NCBI GenBank assembly: GCA_026026165.1 | Contig: JAPEUD010000009.1 | Span: forward strand, 124,001-188,000 | Direction: 5' to 3' | Source of the DNA: Sarea resinae | Lineage: Eukaryota | DNA: 64,000 nucleotides | Part shown: piece after piece, positions 12,213-26,176 of the stretch | Position numbering within the stretch: position 1 is the first letter of the stretch | How the letters are laid out: the number at the start of each line of letters is the position of its first letter | Made by a program: the position numbers and the translations under genes | The notes under the pieces: generated by a model | The model's input: the letters and a program-made list of their open reading frames with translations, nothing else | What the model was told of the DNA's origin: nothing | Databases searched by the model: none

Positions 12213-15200
12213 TTAGCCCCGACCCTGACCTTGACCCTGACCCTGACCGTTCAGCGGCGGCGTCTGGGCAAACGAGTAACTACCGCTCAGGCGGCCGTGG
12301 CCTCTCTTGCTCGCGAAGGCGTTGCCGTACCCGTTCAGATTCCCATTCAGCTCCGTGTTTCCATCGGCGGCGTTCATGCTTAGGGTCAAACCGCCTCCGT
12401 TGCTACCGCCGCTGCCACCACCCACGCTCCACGGGTTGGGCGAGCCGAACAGGAACGGGCTCAGCATGCCGTCGTGATCGACGCTGTTGGGAGCATTCGA
12501 CAAGGTGCTGTATTCGGTACCCGGGCCTGCAAGGTTGTTGCCGTAGGACTGCATCGAAGTGTTGGAGCGATCGGCGCCGAGGCCGTAGAGTGAGGCGTGG
12601 CGGGAGTGGTAAGCGCCGGCCGGGTGGCTGTAGACTGGGTTTTCTGCGCCAATGGGACCGGGTCGCGTGGGCGTCGACCAGAGACTGCTGGGGGGAGAGA
12701 TGCTGCTCAGGGGCTGCGGAAAAGACTGTGTGGGCTGGTTCACTTGGTTCTGATTCTGGCTTTGGTTGTAGTGGTGGTGACTGCCGAACTGCGGCTGTTC
12801 GGACGAGGAAAGGTGGCGCGGAGAGGATGATGTGAGGGTCTTGGCGGTGCTGGGTCTTGGGAGCGATTGTGGCTGTTGTGGGTGGGAGGGCGAGTTCCAG
12901 ATACTGGATAAGGCGGGGCGGGGCGTGGTTTGTGCGGCTGACCGCGGCGAATACATGTGCACCATGTTGACGAGTTCCCTGGCCGTTAGTGTACCCATCG
13001 GGCCATAGGTGGTTTCGTTGGCAGCTGAATCAGGCGCCTGAGGAGCTTGACGGGGTAAATCTGGCGTGGCCTTCTGGTCTTGGTAGTCGTTGCTATCGGC
13101 TTGGTCCATGGTGTCCGGCCCGACGAGCGAATCGACCATCTGATTCATTTTCATCGAGATGGAAGCTGAGGCTGATTCCGAACCTTGGGGATCTAGCGAG
13201 ACTTCTTCATCTGCCGTACAGGCATCGCCGTTGATATGAGCAATTTCCTGGGGGGTGTCATCTGGGACCTCTTCCGGGGAGTCTTTCGGGAAGTCTTCCG
13301 GAGTTTTCAGCTGCTCAAACGTCGCTTCTGGTGAAACTGTGCGGGGGCCGTTGGTGCTCGCTGGCGTTTCATAAGAAAGACCTTCCTCCTGATAGATAAA
13401 CCTGCCACCATCCGCCAGCGCAATGGGAACGTTCTGCGATTCTGTTAGCCATATCCGGGACGGTTTGAGTTGGGAAGCTCACATCATCCCTCTGCAAGTT
13501 GAGTCCATCGATAAGAAGGTCACGGATTCTAGCGAGCATCTCCACATTAGGGTGATATCTCTCAACGCCTTCGTCGTGCCACTTGGGTTTTATCTTCCCC
13601 CCGCTAAAGTATCTTCCCTTGACCTCTTCCGAGTCAAACGGCCTAAAGCCAATAGTATCTTCGTCTTCTTCCAGGAGGTATTCTAGCTTTGGCAGCTCGT
13701 CGACAGAAAAGGTTGCCCAAAGCAGCGTCAAGCTGTTTGCGTATATTTTCCACAGTTCTTTGATTTGCACGCCGAGTTGAGAGGCATCACCGCCCTGGGC
13801 GACCAAAATGCGTGCGCTGGATACGATCCAAGAGCTATAGTGACGGAGGCCGGGTAAGACGCGTCGTGCTACTGCCGTAACCCGCTCCGAGCCAGTTATA
13901 GCTGGGTGTCCATCTGAAGTGACCGCATCATCGCCCGCGAAACGCTCGAGCTCGGGCTCCAATACTTGAAGTAGGGTGAAAAAGGTCTTCACGTTTAGAC
14001 GAAGAAAGAAGAAGAAAGATTGAAGCTTTTCGTCTGAATCACGATCCTCTGACGAAACCATCAGTATGAGAACAGTCGGGACAATGATAGGTCCACTTAC
14101 GTTGGAGTCGAATCCCTGCAAAGTACTCTGCTGCGATATTTGTCAAGATTATCTTCTGAAGCGTGCCTTCTAACGACCTCTCTTTCAAATCAATGGCCAA
14201 CTGGCTCAAGACTTCGTTCTCGAGCTCATCGTGCTCCGCGAAATCTTTCCCCTGATAGCATTTGGCGTGGAGGCGCACAAACCACGAGAGGAGGGATTTT
14301 CGAGCCGCGCTGTCATCTTGATTTGGAGGTGCAGACACAGGTTGTCCGCTGGCCCAATTCTTGAGTATCTTCTTGAAATGCAACTCTAGGTTCCCCCTGG
14401 CTGTCGGATAGGGCTCTTCCACTGCCAAAGCTCGGTAAAGATAGTAAGAAGCCCGAAGATCGCTACCGTCGGCGAGCGCAATGACGGCCAACTGGTTGTG
14501 CGAAGCTCCGGAAGCAGGATATATTGCATTAGCTAAGTCGTAATAGCCAATTGCTGGACCCCAATTGCGGTTCTTGGTTGTAAACTCCGTCTCACGATAC
14601 CGCGACAAGTCGCCGAGGCGGACCAGGGTCTGATGACAGGAGAGGAGGATAAAATATTTCAGTTTGGGTGAAGCTTGACTTTCCGGGTCGGCCGAGTTTC
14701 CTGTGATAGGTTAGAATAGTTTGCGATCGCTGCAGTCTCTCCCTGCGTACTGTTACTGCTGAATTTTCGCGCAACTTGCTCAATCTCCGGTATGCCCCCA
14801 TATCGCACCGAGAGCTTCTGGATGAAGCTGCGGTAGAATCGCTGACTGCTCTTGATAAACTCGAGGTAGTGCTTTGCCAACTTGCGCTTCTCCACCGGTT
14901 TCTTCTTATCCCCACCCCCACGAAACTGCAGGCATTAACAGGTCAGCAGGAGTCTTACGATATGAATGTCCGGAAACATACGCGACTCTGAAGCTTCCGG
15001 AACCGAGAATTGATCTTGCCGTGCGCATCCCATAGTCGGCCCTCGATATTTTTGCTCTGGGCAAATGCGAAATCCGTCAGGATGCAGTTCTCGCAAAGGG
15101 CGCGGTATCTACACCAAAAGTCAGGGCGATGATGATTGGACTGCTAATGCGGGCGCGCGGCTCACTGCTCGATGAGATAGTCGATATCCCGGAAGGTGGG

Positions 15201-15346
15201 GTCTTTCTCCGCCAGCTTCGCGTGAAGTTCCTTCTCAACACGCTGCGCAGACCTGGGGCGACTGTCAGAACGAGAAAGGAGAGAAGATAAGAAAAAGAAG
15301 AAGCCTCGATTACTCACTTCCATGCTTCCTCAACAGGGATGTCCAT
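12213..15346 (-). CDS. Est1/Ebs1/SMG7-family protein (NMD/telomerase-associated) with low-complexity C-terminus
   Basis: Start MDIPVEEAWK at 15346. Spliced frame contains CHQTLVRLGDLSRYRE and YYDLANAIYPASGASHNQLAVIA (Est1 DNA/RNA-binding domain motifs); S/P/Q/G-rich tail to 12213. Confidence 0.85.
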
Positions 15347-16067
15347 TACTTCCCGTCTTCGATAGGCGAAGTGGCTCACAGGTGACCCCACGGTCGACCT
15401 CACCGTCAGAAGCGCGAGCTCGACTCGATGGAGCAGGCGGCGCTGTTGCAATCCATGGGCGATACCACAATTGCCTTGAGACCAAGACAAGACGATTGGA
15501 TTCTGCAAGAGGCCGCACACACCGAGAGTGAGGGGCCGTCAATATGGTCGAATGACGGACTCGGGCAGGGCCAGCAAAGACGGCGGTTGATATCGAGGAG
15601 GACGAGAGAGGAAGAGGGAGAGCAGGCGGGTACAAAAGAAAGTGGGTGAAGGATGGAAGATGCGTATAATTGATGAATTGACGATCGATGATGGTGGAGT
15701 CTACCAATTCGCCCGTACCGAGAAGTTCAAACGGCCAGAGACACAGAGACGAGACACGTGTGACGATTGGCCCGATGGTGGTGGAGAGAAGACGTCGACC
15801 TCCACCACGAGGAAGATGGAAGAGCAAGGCAATTAGATGATCATGATCATGAGCATGATCATGAGCACTCGTGCCAATGCAAATGCTGATGTAGAATCAA
15901 GATCGACCATGATCCCCTCGATGTGAACAAGACCTGGAGAGGAAACATCGATGGAAGCGACCTCTCCTCCGTAGATGACACGGCTGATCGATCAATCGGA
16001 ACCAAGTCATGTACAGAGACGGAACGACCGTACTCCCCTCTCTCTCTCACCGCCATGATCCGTCAAG

Positions 16068-17226
16068 ATGGTCAAACGCTCACGAGAAGACGCCGACTCC
16101 CTGTCCTGTGCCCCGGACATCGCTCCCTCTCCCGCTCCCGCAGCATCCACCATCCCCCTCTCTGACCTCTCTGACACTGACACCTCTGACACCTCCAACA
16201 ACACCATCTCCCCTCCTCCCTCCAAATACACCATCACCGCAGACGCTCCCCCGTCCTGCCCCCCAGGCCCAATAATGCAATGCCACCTGCCCCCGCACCG
16301 GACACCTCTCTCCTTCCCCTCCTACACAGCCTACGAGACCCACTACGCCCAAGCCCATCTGAACCGCTGTTCCGAATGCCATCGCAACTTCCCCAGCGAG
16401 CATTTCCTGAGCCTGCACATCGCCGAGAACCACGATCCCCTGAACGAAGTGCGGAGGGCTAGGGGCGAGAAGACCGTAAGCCCCTCTTGACCCCCCTTCC
16501 CACAGGACACAGAATGGGTGGTTGGTTGGGTGACGGGGAACTTCCAGTAACTGTATTGGAATATAGTACTCATGCTTCCTGCCCACGTGCGACCGGGTCT
16601 GCTCTTCGCCGGCGAAACGCCGTCTGCATCTCATCGACAAGCACCTCTTCCCGCGAAACTACGAGTTCCGCGTCGTCAACGACGGCATCGACAAACGGAA
16701 CTCGCTGCTGCGGTGCGCCAAGATCCACAACCAGCGACGAAGGAGTTCCGCCGCCACCAGGTCTTATTACCAGCGTGAACACGCCGCGAAGCTTGCCGGG
16801 CAGGAGCTGGCACAGTCCGCTGATGGGATAGACGCTGCGAATGGGCGTAGGAGAGATGCCTTGGCCGCTACTGCTGGTGTTACTACGAAGGCTCCGCCAA
16901 TGCCGGATGAGGTTGCCAGAACATCTGAGACCGAAGAGGACGAAGACGAAGGTTCGGCTTCCGACTCCGACTCCGACTCAGAAGCCACCTCCCCACCGCA
17001 AACACCGCAGAGAACTTCCCAGCCTCGTAAAATCAGTGCCAGTCCGAAGAGCCCCTTGTCATTATCATCATCGAAAAAGCAGAACTACGTCTCAAGACAC
17101 GAGGGCAACGGCGATGCAACCATGCAAGATATAACTACGTCGATGTCAGCACTGAACTTCGTGCCGCCGAGTGTGCGGTTCGGCCGACGAGGAGGGGGAA
17201 GGAATGCAGGGTTTGGGCGCAGATGA
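16068..17226 (+). CDS. C2H2 zinc-finger protein, ZNF511-like
   Basis: Exon 16068-16475, intron 16476-16566, exon 16567-17226. Motifs CSECHRNFPSEHFLSLHIAENHD and YSCFLPTCDRVCSSPAKRRLHLIDKH; C-terminal VPPSVRFGR. Confidence 0.85.
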
Positions 17227-17601
17227 TCGGGATGGATGATACTGGGCGATGATGATCTTGTCGGAGACCAGGATGACGGCATTCATGAAAATTACGACTA
17301 CAATGATGATGAAGCTATAGACATACTCAGAAGACTTTCACCCAGCGTAAACGTCTTGTCAGGTTGCCTGTTTGACTGTAGTATATCGGTGAGTGGGACA
17401 ATGATGTAGGTGTATTATACAACAGGACACGCTCTACATATCTAAAAGGTGCACAGACCTCCTTGCCAAGCGCTGCCTGAGTACTGCCCTCAAGGGCCTC
17501 TCGCAAGCTCAGACTATGTACAGTTCGAAAAGGGGCAGCAAAGGTGAAATGGTACAATGAGAGGTATATATCGACGTAGAAAAAAGACGTTGCTTCCACG
17601 A

Positions 17602-20600
17602 CTACAAGGCCCATTCGTTCTTGTCCTCGCCAGGTATCACAAACGGCTCATCGATGAGTTTGATGGCAAACTCGCTGCATAGGATACTAGCAACCGAGAC
17701 ACTTTAGCATCCACCCGGAGGAAAGGGGAAGAGGAGAGCAAACACAGGAACTTACCAGGAGGAAGCAATCAACGCGTCCAACTCTCTCATCGCCCTCTCC
17801 CTCTTTGCCCCCGTGCTGACACCCCTCCCCACTTCCGTCTGCAGCTCGCGTACTCTTCGACTCTTCGCCACGCCGCCCCGCTCCACCACCTTCTTAGCAA
17901 GGCAATCGCTGTGAAAGGCGTGCTGGCATGGGAACACGAAGAATTGGCGCGACAGTAGTGGATATCGACAGACGTAACAGCACTCGCCCGGCTCGACTAT
18001 GGCATACCTTTGATTCAAGGCCTGGATGTCTTGCCGAATGTTGGCGGCCGTCAAGGCAGAATCGTCCATCTCTTTCTTCAGCGTATCGATATGACGGGAA
18101 TATGTCTCAAGGGCGTCGCAGATTTCCTCCTTGAAATCATCAATGACGACAAAGTCTGGGAAGAAGGGGATCAAGTCCTCGATGCGGAGTAGCTCGCAGC
18201 GCTTGAGGAATTCGATTGCGGTCTTGATGCCATCGCTCTGGGAGATGACTTTCTTCGCCACAGCCAGCCAGAGCTTTTTGCGTAGAGCCGGGTTAGATTC
18301 CGGGCGATCCGCGACGATAGAGGCGAGGTCGATCTCGTCGTATTTGAGGGCCAGGTCGACCGCTTGAACATATTGCGACATGGAGCTGTAGATGTGGACG
18401 CATGACTGGACGCGCTTATGTTGGATGCAGAGGCGGAGGGCGAAGTCGGCGTCGTAACTTTGTTCTTGGAGGTGGGATTGTGATTCGAGGTAGGAGAGGA
18501 GGGCGGATTCATCAGCGGAGGGGTGAGAGGCGTAGATGGAGATGAGGGTGTTGTGGACGGCGGCATCAGTGGAATGATGTTGGTTGATGACGAAAAGGAG
18601 GTATCGCACAGCTTGATTCTGTAGACAGTTTAATGGCAAATCTAGCTGATAAATTAACCACGCGAACATACCTGGCTCAATGGACCCCGCGTTTCCTTAG
18701 TATAGTTCAACAATGCAGGAATTAACTTTCGAGGGTCGAGATTGGATTGACGCATCAAAATGTCTACTAGCCCGACAGCAGCATGGGCTATAAGGACAGT
18801 GCTGTATTTGTAGAAGATCTCGGGATCTGTCTGCCTTTTGAGAACATCCAGTGCCTCTGCCCACCTTTCCCGTTGCACCCAGTAGGCAAGCACATAGTTG
18901 TAGTCATCGACCGTGCTGGCAAAGAACAAAAGCTCTTCTTCCCGGCCATGGCTGCTTATAATATCGTAAGTGGTCTTTCGGTCCAGATCACTTTTATACT
19001 TCACGACGAACTCTTGAAAGTCGGAACGTATGGAATAGAGCTGATCCTTGGATTCTGCAGTATTGGTACTTTCCGAAAGTTCGGCTTTTGTTGTGATAGT
19101 ATCGTCCAAGGAGTTGAGTTTCGACATATAGAGCTCGACAAGCCAGGAGGCAAGCATTACTCGTTGCATGATAGATGATTTCTTGAACGTCGACAGCTTC
19201 ACCAAGAGGTATTTCCTCAAAGCGTCATTTTCTCCATGTTCAATGAATGTCAACGACACCTCCTCAAAAGGTTTGCTACTTTTGCCATAGACGCCGGCAG
19301 CTTCAACAAACTGGCCTTTGCTGACTAGATAGTCTCCAGAAGCTGTGGCTACCGCATCTTTTTGTGCTGGCGTCTTTGCATATTGCAAGGCAGAGTCAAA
19401 CTGATCCTCTTTCAGCATAATCTTCCATACCTCTCGATCTTCGTCATGAACAACAATTTCAAAAATCTCCTGGGACGTGAAGAGCCAGAACGTGTTCTTC
19501 TTCTGATCAGCCACCAGTCCAAGAGCAGTCTGACCAGGCTCAAGGACGACTTGATCATAAACGACTGTGTCATCGAGTCTATTCACTCCCACAATCCTTC
19601 CTTCGACGAGATGCAAAATGTGCCACTGAGTCAGAGCAATGGATGTTATAGGATCCTCCGTCGCTCTTCGACGGCCGCCGATAGATTCGGAGGCGGGCAA
19701 CTGCGATCGAGGAAGTGTCTTCGCCTCGGAGAAGACTTTACTCCCAAGATTGTGTAATGAGGCTGGTGTGAGAAGCCTTCCGTGAAAGATTCCTTGCGAC
19801 GAGAGCCAGGCGAAGATCCGATCTGACCCTATTCCTTCGACGGAAGCAAGGTTTGGAGGCTCCGGAGAAACAGTCAAGGAGGAAGGGGCAGATGCCGAGA
19901 CTCTGGCAACGTCATGTATGCTGGGAGATTCGGTCTCAAACAACTTGGTAAAAATAGATCCACTTCCTTCGTGTCCATGACGGCCGATCCTTCCAACGAA
20001 GTGCAGCAGTCTCGAATGTGAGGCAATCAACACTCTACGTGTATCTGGCTTCCCGTCGAAGAGATCGACCCACAGTCCCGTAATGGATCCATCTTGTATC
20101 TTGTATACCGATTTCAGATACTTTTCTTCCCGCCTATAGAACTCGGTGGATGGCTCGATGTAGACCTCATATATGTTGCCGTCTGATGCCCCAACTAATA
20201 TTTCTCTTGTTGATGCGGTAGGCTGCGAAGGATTCCAAGCTATTGCCTCAATGGCCACACCTTTTAATCGCGACAACGGCTTCGGCGTCCTCGACTGTGT
20301 GTGAAGATAGAAATTCTCGCCAAGTGCGGTGGTGATGATCAGGTGCGAAGCGGTGGGATCGAGGAACATTCGACGAATGACGCCAATCTCCGAAGATCTC
20401 TTCGGAAGGTCGATATCTGTTCTCAACAGAGGCACAATCAGTGACCCGTTCATTTGTGTGATTCAGAATGATATGACGGTGCTGCATGCGCCAATGGAGT
20501 GGGCACGTTACCATCGATATCCGCAGGGCTGTCCAGATCGATCCTGAGGATGCGCCCGGTGGATAGAGCGAGCACCAGGACATTGTTCGCTACTTCGGCA

Positions 20601-20728
20601 GCTACAAAGTCGGCGGCAATGGAGAACTGAAGCTGAACCCTCTCGACGTTGAAGATGGGCAAGGTGGGTGCTGTGAGCTCCTGAAGGTTGCTTGCGGCGA
20701 CATAGCCGCCTGAGGGGTCGAGCGCCAT
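17602..20728 (-). CDS. PEP3: HOPS/CORVET class C subunit Pep3/Vps18
   Basis: MALDPSGG start at 20728; N-terminal MFLDPTASHLII; clathrin-repeat region; C-terminal RING-H2 CYVCRYPLLSRQFFVFPCQHAFHSDC...CILCSE; last exon ends NEWAL* at 17602. Confidence 0.95.
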
Positions 20729-22935
20729 GCTCCGTTCGAGTGTCGCGATCACCTCATGACCTTGATGCCGAACAAATGTGTCAAGCAATCGGTTTTAGGA
20801 CATACAGGAGTCACTCTAGTTGCCGTGTTGATTCCGATATAACTCAGGACGGATGCTTCTCGTTGATTCATCCATAGCTTGAATCACTGGAGCTCCAAGC
20901 TCGAGCACATTTGGTTGATGCCCTCAAGTTGCTACATAACTATTCGCGGGCACCCGTAGCTACTACAGATGGTACAACGGACAGCCGTAATCGCCGTCGT
21001 ACCAAGTGTGCTAATGGTGACCGTAATCACATTGTCTTTCTCTTGGGCCTCGGGCTGTACATCAAATCTGGTATGGACGGATCCGGGCTGCCGTGTGACT
21101 ACCATAGTATTATTTGAATCCCAATCAATAACAAGAATCAGCCGTATCAGCCGTATCAGCCGTATCAGCCGGATCTGTCGTATCAGCAGTGTCTCTGGTC
21201 CGAAAACATCTCGATCACCACCTGGGCAGTCATTATCGCGGACTCTTCATTTGTGTTACGTCAGGTTGTCTCGTCACAGGGCTACTGCGGTATGAGGTAG
21301 GTCAACAGTCGTAGCTGGGTCTCAGTCTGGCAACCCCAGCAGTGCCAGGAGTCTCGGCGGTCTCAGCGGTCTCAAGAGTCTCAGCAGTCTGACAGGACGG
21401 AGGTAGGTCCGTCAGGGTCTGACCGCTGTTCTCACAGGATCAGGGGGAAGCTTCTCCTTCTATCAAACTTTCCATTCTAAACTTGGAGGTGGAGGGGGCG
21501 TGGACGTGGACGTGGAGGAGAGAGACGTGAAGCTCTCATGGGATCCGTGGAGGTGAGACGGGGACCGAGAGACGTACGGGCCTGCAGTGTTGCGTACCTT
21601 GGCCACCTGTAACACGCCAATGTCGCCAACCGCTCCGTCCCGTTTCAGCCAAGCGGGAATGGAAAGGTCCCGACCAGGTCACGACCAGGTCACGACCAGG
21701 TCACGACAAGGCCCACGACGAGGCCACGACCATCTACTCGAGTATGGTGGGCGACAGAGGTCGGCCTGTCGTTGCCATTGGACTGCTCTTCGCTTCCTCT
21801 CCGTCTCCTTTGAGTCTGTGATATTGAATGACAACTACTCTTCGGGGTGTACTATGTACTCCGTAGTTGGTACTCGTGGCCGAAGTACAGGCGGGTTTGG
21901 GTTGTAAGGACTGTAAGCGGACACGGGATTCAGCTCCACCCTTAATCTCCGCTGCAGCGCGCCGGCCTGGGCAGAGAAGGCTGACGTTCGCACGTTTGCG
22001 AGGCACTACTGAGGACTACTCCGGACTACTCTCGTCGAACAGTATTGATCGTGGATCTTGGTGATCAAATACAAGGAAGCCGATCGGATTCACTTCTAGC
22101 ACCACGATGGCGGACAATAGGCAGCTCCAGACATGCCTTCTCTGGAGTAGAGTCGCTGCAGAGTAGTCCTGAGGCGTCCTCTGGATGATACTTGAGTAGA
22201 TGGTCCATGATTGCTGACGTACCGTATATAGTATGTCGTGGACCTCATTGTCCATGCCCAGTAGGTCCCATTCTCCCAGGATTCACCGCTTCCTCTCCTA
22301 TCCATCGTTACTCGAGGGCAAGTCCTCCGTACTGGTACTCCCCCCGTGTCTTCGTAGCCCGCCCCGAGCTCTCCCATGGCCCATTGACATCAAACGTCAA
22401 TTGGCCGTTTCACCTTCCAGCCGCCGGGGGTGTCGCCCTTGCGTGCTTTTTTAGTGATCTCGCAGCCGCCCAACTCAGAGAGAAAGCACCCATGCAACTG
22501 AGATTGGCGTGTGAAGGCTAAGACCAGAGTGCGTCAACATCGCTCTGCACCGCTCTGCACCGCTCTGAACCCTCCACCTCCACCTTCACCTCCACGCTCC
22601 ACGCTCCACGTTCATCATCAGAGGCGAGCTTGGCTTTCGCTACCTCTACCTCGACCGCGCCTACCTGCCTCTTTCGACCTCTCAACCTTCTTCTCTCTCC
22701 GGTCGGCTTTTCATTCTTCTCTTCGACAATCCTATTCGGACGGCGCTGGCTCCTGGCTGAATCGGCGCTGCTGTCAACTACTCGCATCGCTCTCGACCGT
22801 CGAAGCATCAAGATCAGCTCATTCCCATCCATCCTTCCGCTCGTCGACCATCGAACCCCGCCGCGACGTTGAACGAAGCTCGGGGGCGCTCGAAGCGGAA
22901 GCATAGACACTCGGCTCGGAAATCGCGGAGGGGGT

Positions 22936-25900
22936 ATGGCGATGTTGGCCTCAAGGTCCCCACATCATCCTCCGCAGCTGGGTGGAGGGCCGTCGCAGCC
23001 ATCGTCTGGTCAACATACTGCAGGTCTCTCGAACTACATGGCTCCCCCAACGACAACCTCGAATCATGGTCAGTTTGCAAGCCCAACGGACTCTGAATTT
23101 TCGGAGATCTACGATGGCCCAGACTCAGTCAGGTATGTTGCCGATCACCAGCAGACTAGCATTGTTGTCTTGGATATCCTCATTTCGTTGCTGTAAATCT
23201 GTTGTGCGGCATGCGTTTTCTCGCTGTACACTGAGGACTGACAATGGTCACAACTGTTAGGAACTGGGACGAAAAACAAGTAATTGACTGGCTCCGGAGT
23301 ATCAATTGTTCACAATATGAACATCTCTTCAGAGGTAAGCTCACGGACGATCAACCTATATTACCTTCCATACTGTTGCGTCTGATCTTGTCTTTTCTTG
23401 TCTGATCATGTTTCTTCGATTTCCTGGTTGCCTATGTCAAAGCGAGATTGTATTTTTTCTGCTTTCTTGAGTGCCCGATAGCCCTCAGAGGTCCGTCCTT
23501 GAACTCAGTCGAAGTAGAAGCTATAACATTGATCTCATATGCGCTCCCTTGTCTCGTTTCGGTTCCGTCTACAGACACTGACATCGTACAGCGAACCACA
23601 TCAACGGGGAAGCGCTTCTAGAATGTGATCAAGCAGTCTTGAGGGATATTGGTGTAAAGAAAATCGGAGATAGGGTTCGAATGAATGTCTCTATCAAGTC
23701 TTTCAGGAAGAAGACCTCAAATCTACGAAAGCGAAACAGGGTAGGCTGATCATCATTCTTTGACGTTCTTCGCTGACCGCTTTAGGAATCGTTTGCCGCT
23801 CTCGAAAATCCAAACTACACGCCTTCCTCCAGCTCGCCTCGCCAGCCATACTCGGCCAAAGATCGGCACCCTGTCCTGCAAGCTAATAGGCTTTATTCTC
23901 GGCAGGTCGAGTCTTCTACGGGCTTCAGCAATGGAGGAAAGGTCCCGTCACGACCGGCTTCTCCTCTTGTAGATGCCGAAAATCGGGGCCTTCGTAACCA
24001 GAGATACGGTGGAGGAAGCCCAAAGGATGGCAATCGCAAAGAGCCAACGCCTGGTTACGGCCCTCACCCGCTGAGTGCTAATTCGAGTTCTGGTCGACGA
24101 CCTGAGACACCAGGAAGCTCTCTAGCACATACCCGACAAAATCCCAGCGGAGACGGTTTGACTCTCAGCAAGCTTCCACGAGACAAATACCTTATAAGGG
24201 TCATATCATCAGGAGGACAGACTCGTGCAGTGAGAGTTCAGGGCTGCAAGACTGCTGACGAAATAATACACAACACGTTGAAGAAGTTTGGACTACCAGA
24301 ACACCAGACCCGGAACTACTGTTTCTACGTCTTGGACGGGACAGAACCTGATCCCAACCATTGCCGCCGCATCTCCGAATCCGAGTTGGTACGCATCTGC
24401 GGGGACCTGTCGAGAGTCGAAAGGGATCGTTTGATACTTAGAAAGATTCACGCCGGTGAACCAGGGGACGATGAACTACAGCGTGCCGCCGACCTGGCGA
24501 TGGAAGAAGCAAGTAGAAATCACGCCGCAGCTGTTGCAAACAACAGTACTCGCAGCCAGCAAAAGCTCCAGAAACTGACTGGCGAATCCTGGGACTCCGT
24601 CAGATATCCGCTCTCTCCAGCTACTTATCAAATGTCACCTGGAGGCTACTCAGCGGCTGAGCGGGAACGAAATGTCAAATCAGCAGCACAGGATCTGGAA
24701 CGACCTGACACAGCAGTTCCATTGAGGGCCAATGGGGGCAAGATTCGCCAATTCTTTGGACAGAGACCACCAAGCGAGCTCATCAGCCTTGACCTTGGGA
24801 CTTACTTCCCAGATCATCCAAAGGAAGAGATTGACAAGACCGTTCGCATGTCTGTCAGGAGGTCAGCTCGACTTAGCCGGGCGACAAGTCGACTCAGTGT
24901 CGCGAGCAATCTAAGCTTCGCATCGAGCTTGAGAGATGCCCCCCCTCTTCCAAGTATCGCCGATGCTTGGCTGACCGGAAGCAATCAAGCCGCCCGACCA
25001 CGTCCCCTATCAGTGTCGAGGATGGGCCTGCCACAGACGTCTTATCGAGACTCTGTCGCTTCGTCTATGCTTGAACCTCTGCAGGAAGAATCGCCTGTAG
25101 AGCCAAACCGCAAGTCTTATGTCTCGTTCACCAGTGGGGGATCCGATCCAGCGAACGTTCTTGTCACAGATTCTGAAGGTAACACCCTTCAAAGCTACTT
25201 TGACGAAGCAGGCAGTAGCACCCCTGCAACCGAGGCTGGCAGTTCTCTGAACGATCATCTTAGTCAGGCAATCGCTGAAGACGGGGAAGAGCAAGATGAA
25301 GAGCTCACCCAATTCCTGGCTGGCGATTCATGGGACAACATCAAATGGATGAAAGGCACAATGATCGGCCAGGGATCTTTTGGCAGTGTATATTTGGCAC
25401 TACACTCTGTCACTGGCGAGCTCATGGCTGTAAAGCAAGTCGAAATGCCTTCAAATGATGGTCGACAGATTGATCATAAGAAACAGCAGATGGTAACGGC
25501 TCTCAAGCATGAAATTGGGCTCCTGAGAGAACTCCAGCACCCCAACATCGTCCAGTATCTTGGGTCGAGTTCCGACGACGCGCATCTAAACATTTTCCTC
25601 GAATATGTCGCGGGTGGCTCGGTGGCGGCTATGCTCAACTCATATGGTGCTCTTCAGGAAACTCTCATTCGTAATTTCGTCCGCCAGATCCTCGCCGGTC
25701 TAGCTTACCTCCACGGCCGAGACATCATCCACCGTGACATCAAGGGTGCCAATGTCCTCGTCGACAACAAAGGCGGCATCAAGATTTCCGACTTTGGCAT
25801 CAGCAAACGCGTCGAAGCTTCCTCGCTTCTCAGCTCCGGCGCTGGCGGCAACGCAAATCGTGTCTCTCTTCAGGGCTCTGTCTTCTGGATGGCACCTGAG

Positions 25901-26176
25901 GTTGTCAAGCAGACCTCGTATACCCGCAAGGCTGACATCTGGAGTTTGGGCTGTCTCGTTGTCGAGATGTTCACCGGCACTCATCCGTTCCCAGATTGTT
26001 CCCAACTGCAGGCCATCTTCCGGATTGGTGGCGGTACAGCGACGCCTACGTTGCCGGATGAGGCAAGCGAGGAGGGCAGGGAGTTCCTTGGGCGAACGTT
26101 CGAGCTTGATTACGAGAAACGGCCCACGGCCGAAGAGCTGCTGAGTAGCCCATTCATGAATGCGCCTACTGCTTAG
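22936..26176 (+). CDS. STE11: MAP kinase kinase kinase Ste11/SteC (SAM, Ras-association and kinase domains)
   Basis: SAM exon WDEKQVIDWLRSINCSQY; RA domain; FFGQRPPSELI; kinase motifs IGQGSFGSV, HRDIKGAN, GSVFWMAPE. Introns 23133-23260, 23335-23591 and 23741-23785. Confidence 0.96.

Noticed and set aside
21137..21730. Short tandem repeats (ATCAGCCGT) x about 4 and (CGACCAGGTCA) x3
   Set aside because: Ordinary minisatellites without spacers; not CRISPR-like, and this is a eukaryotic genome.
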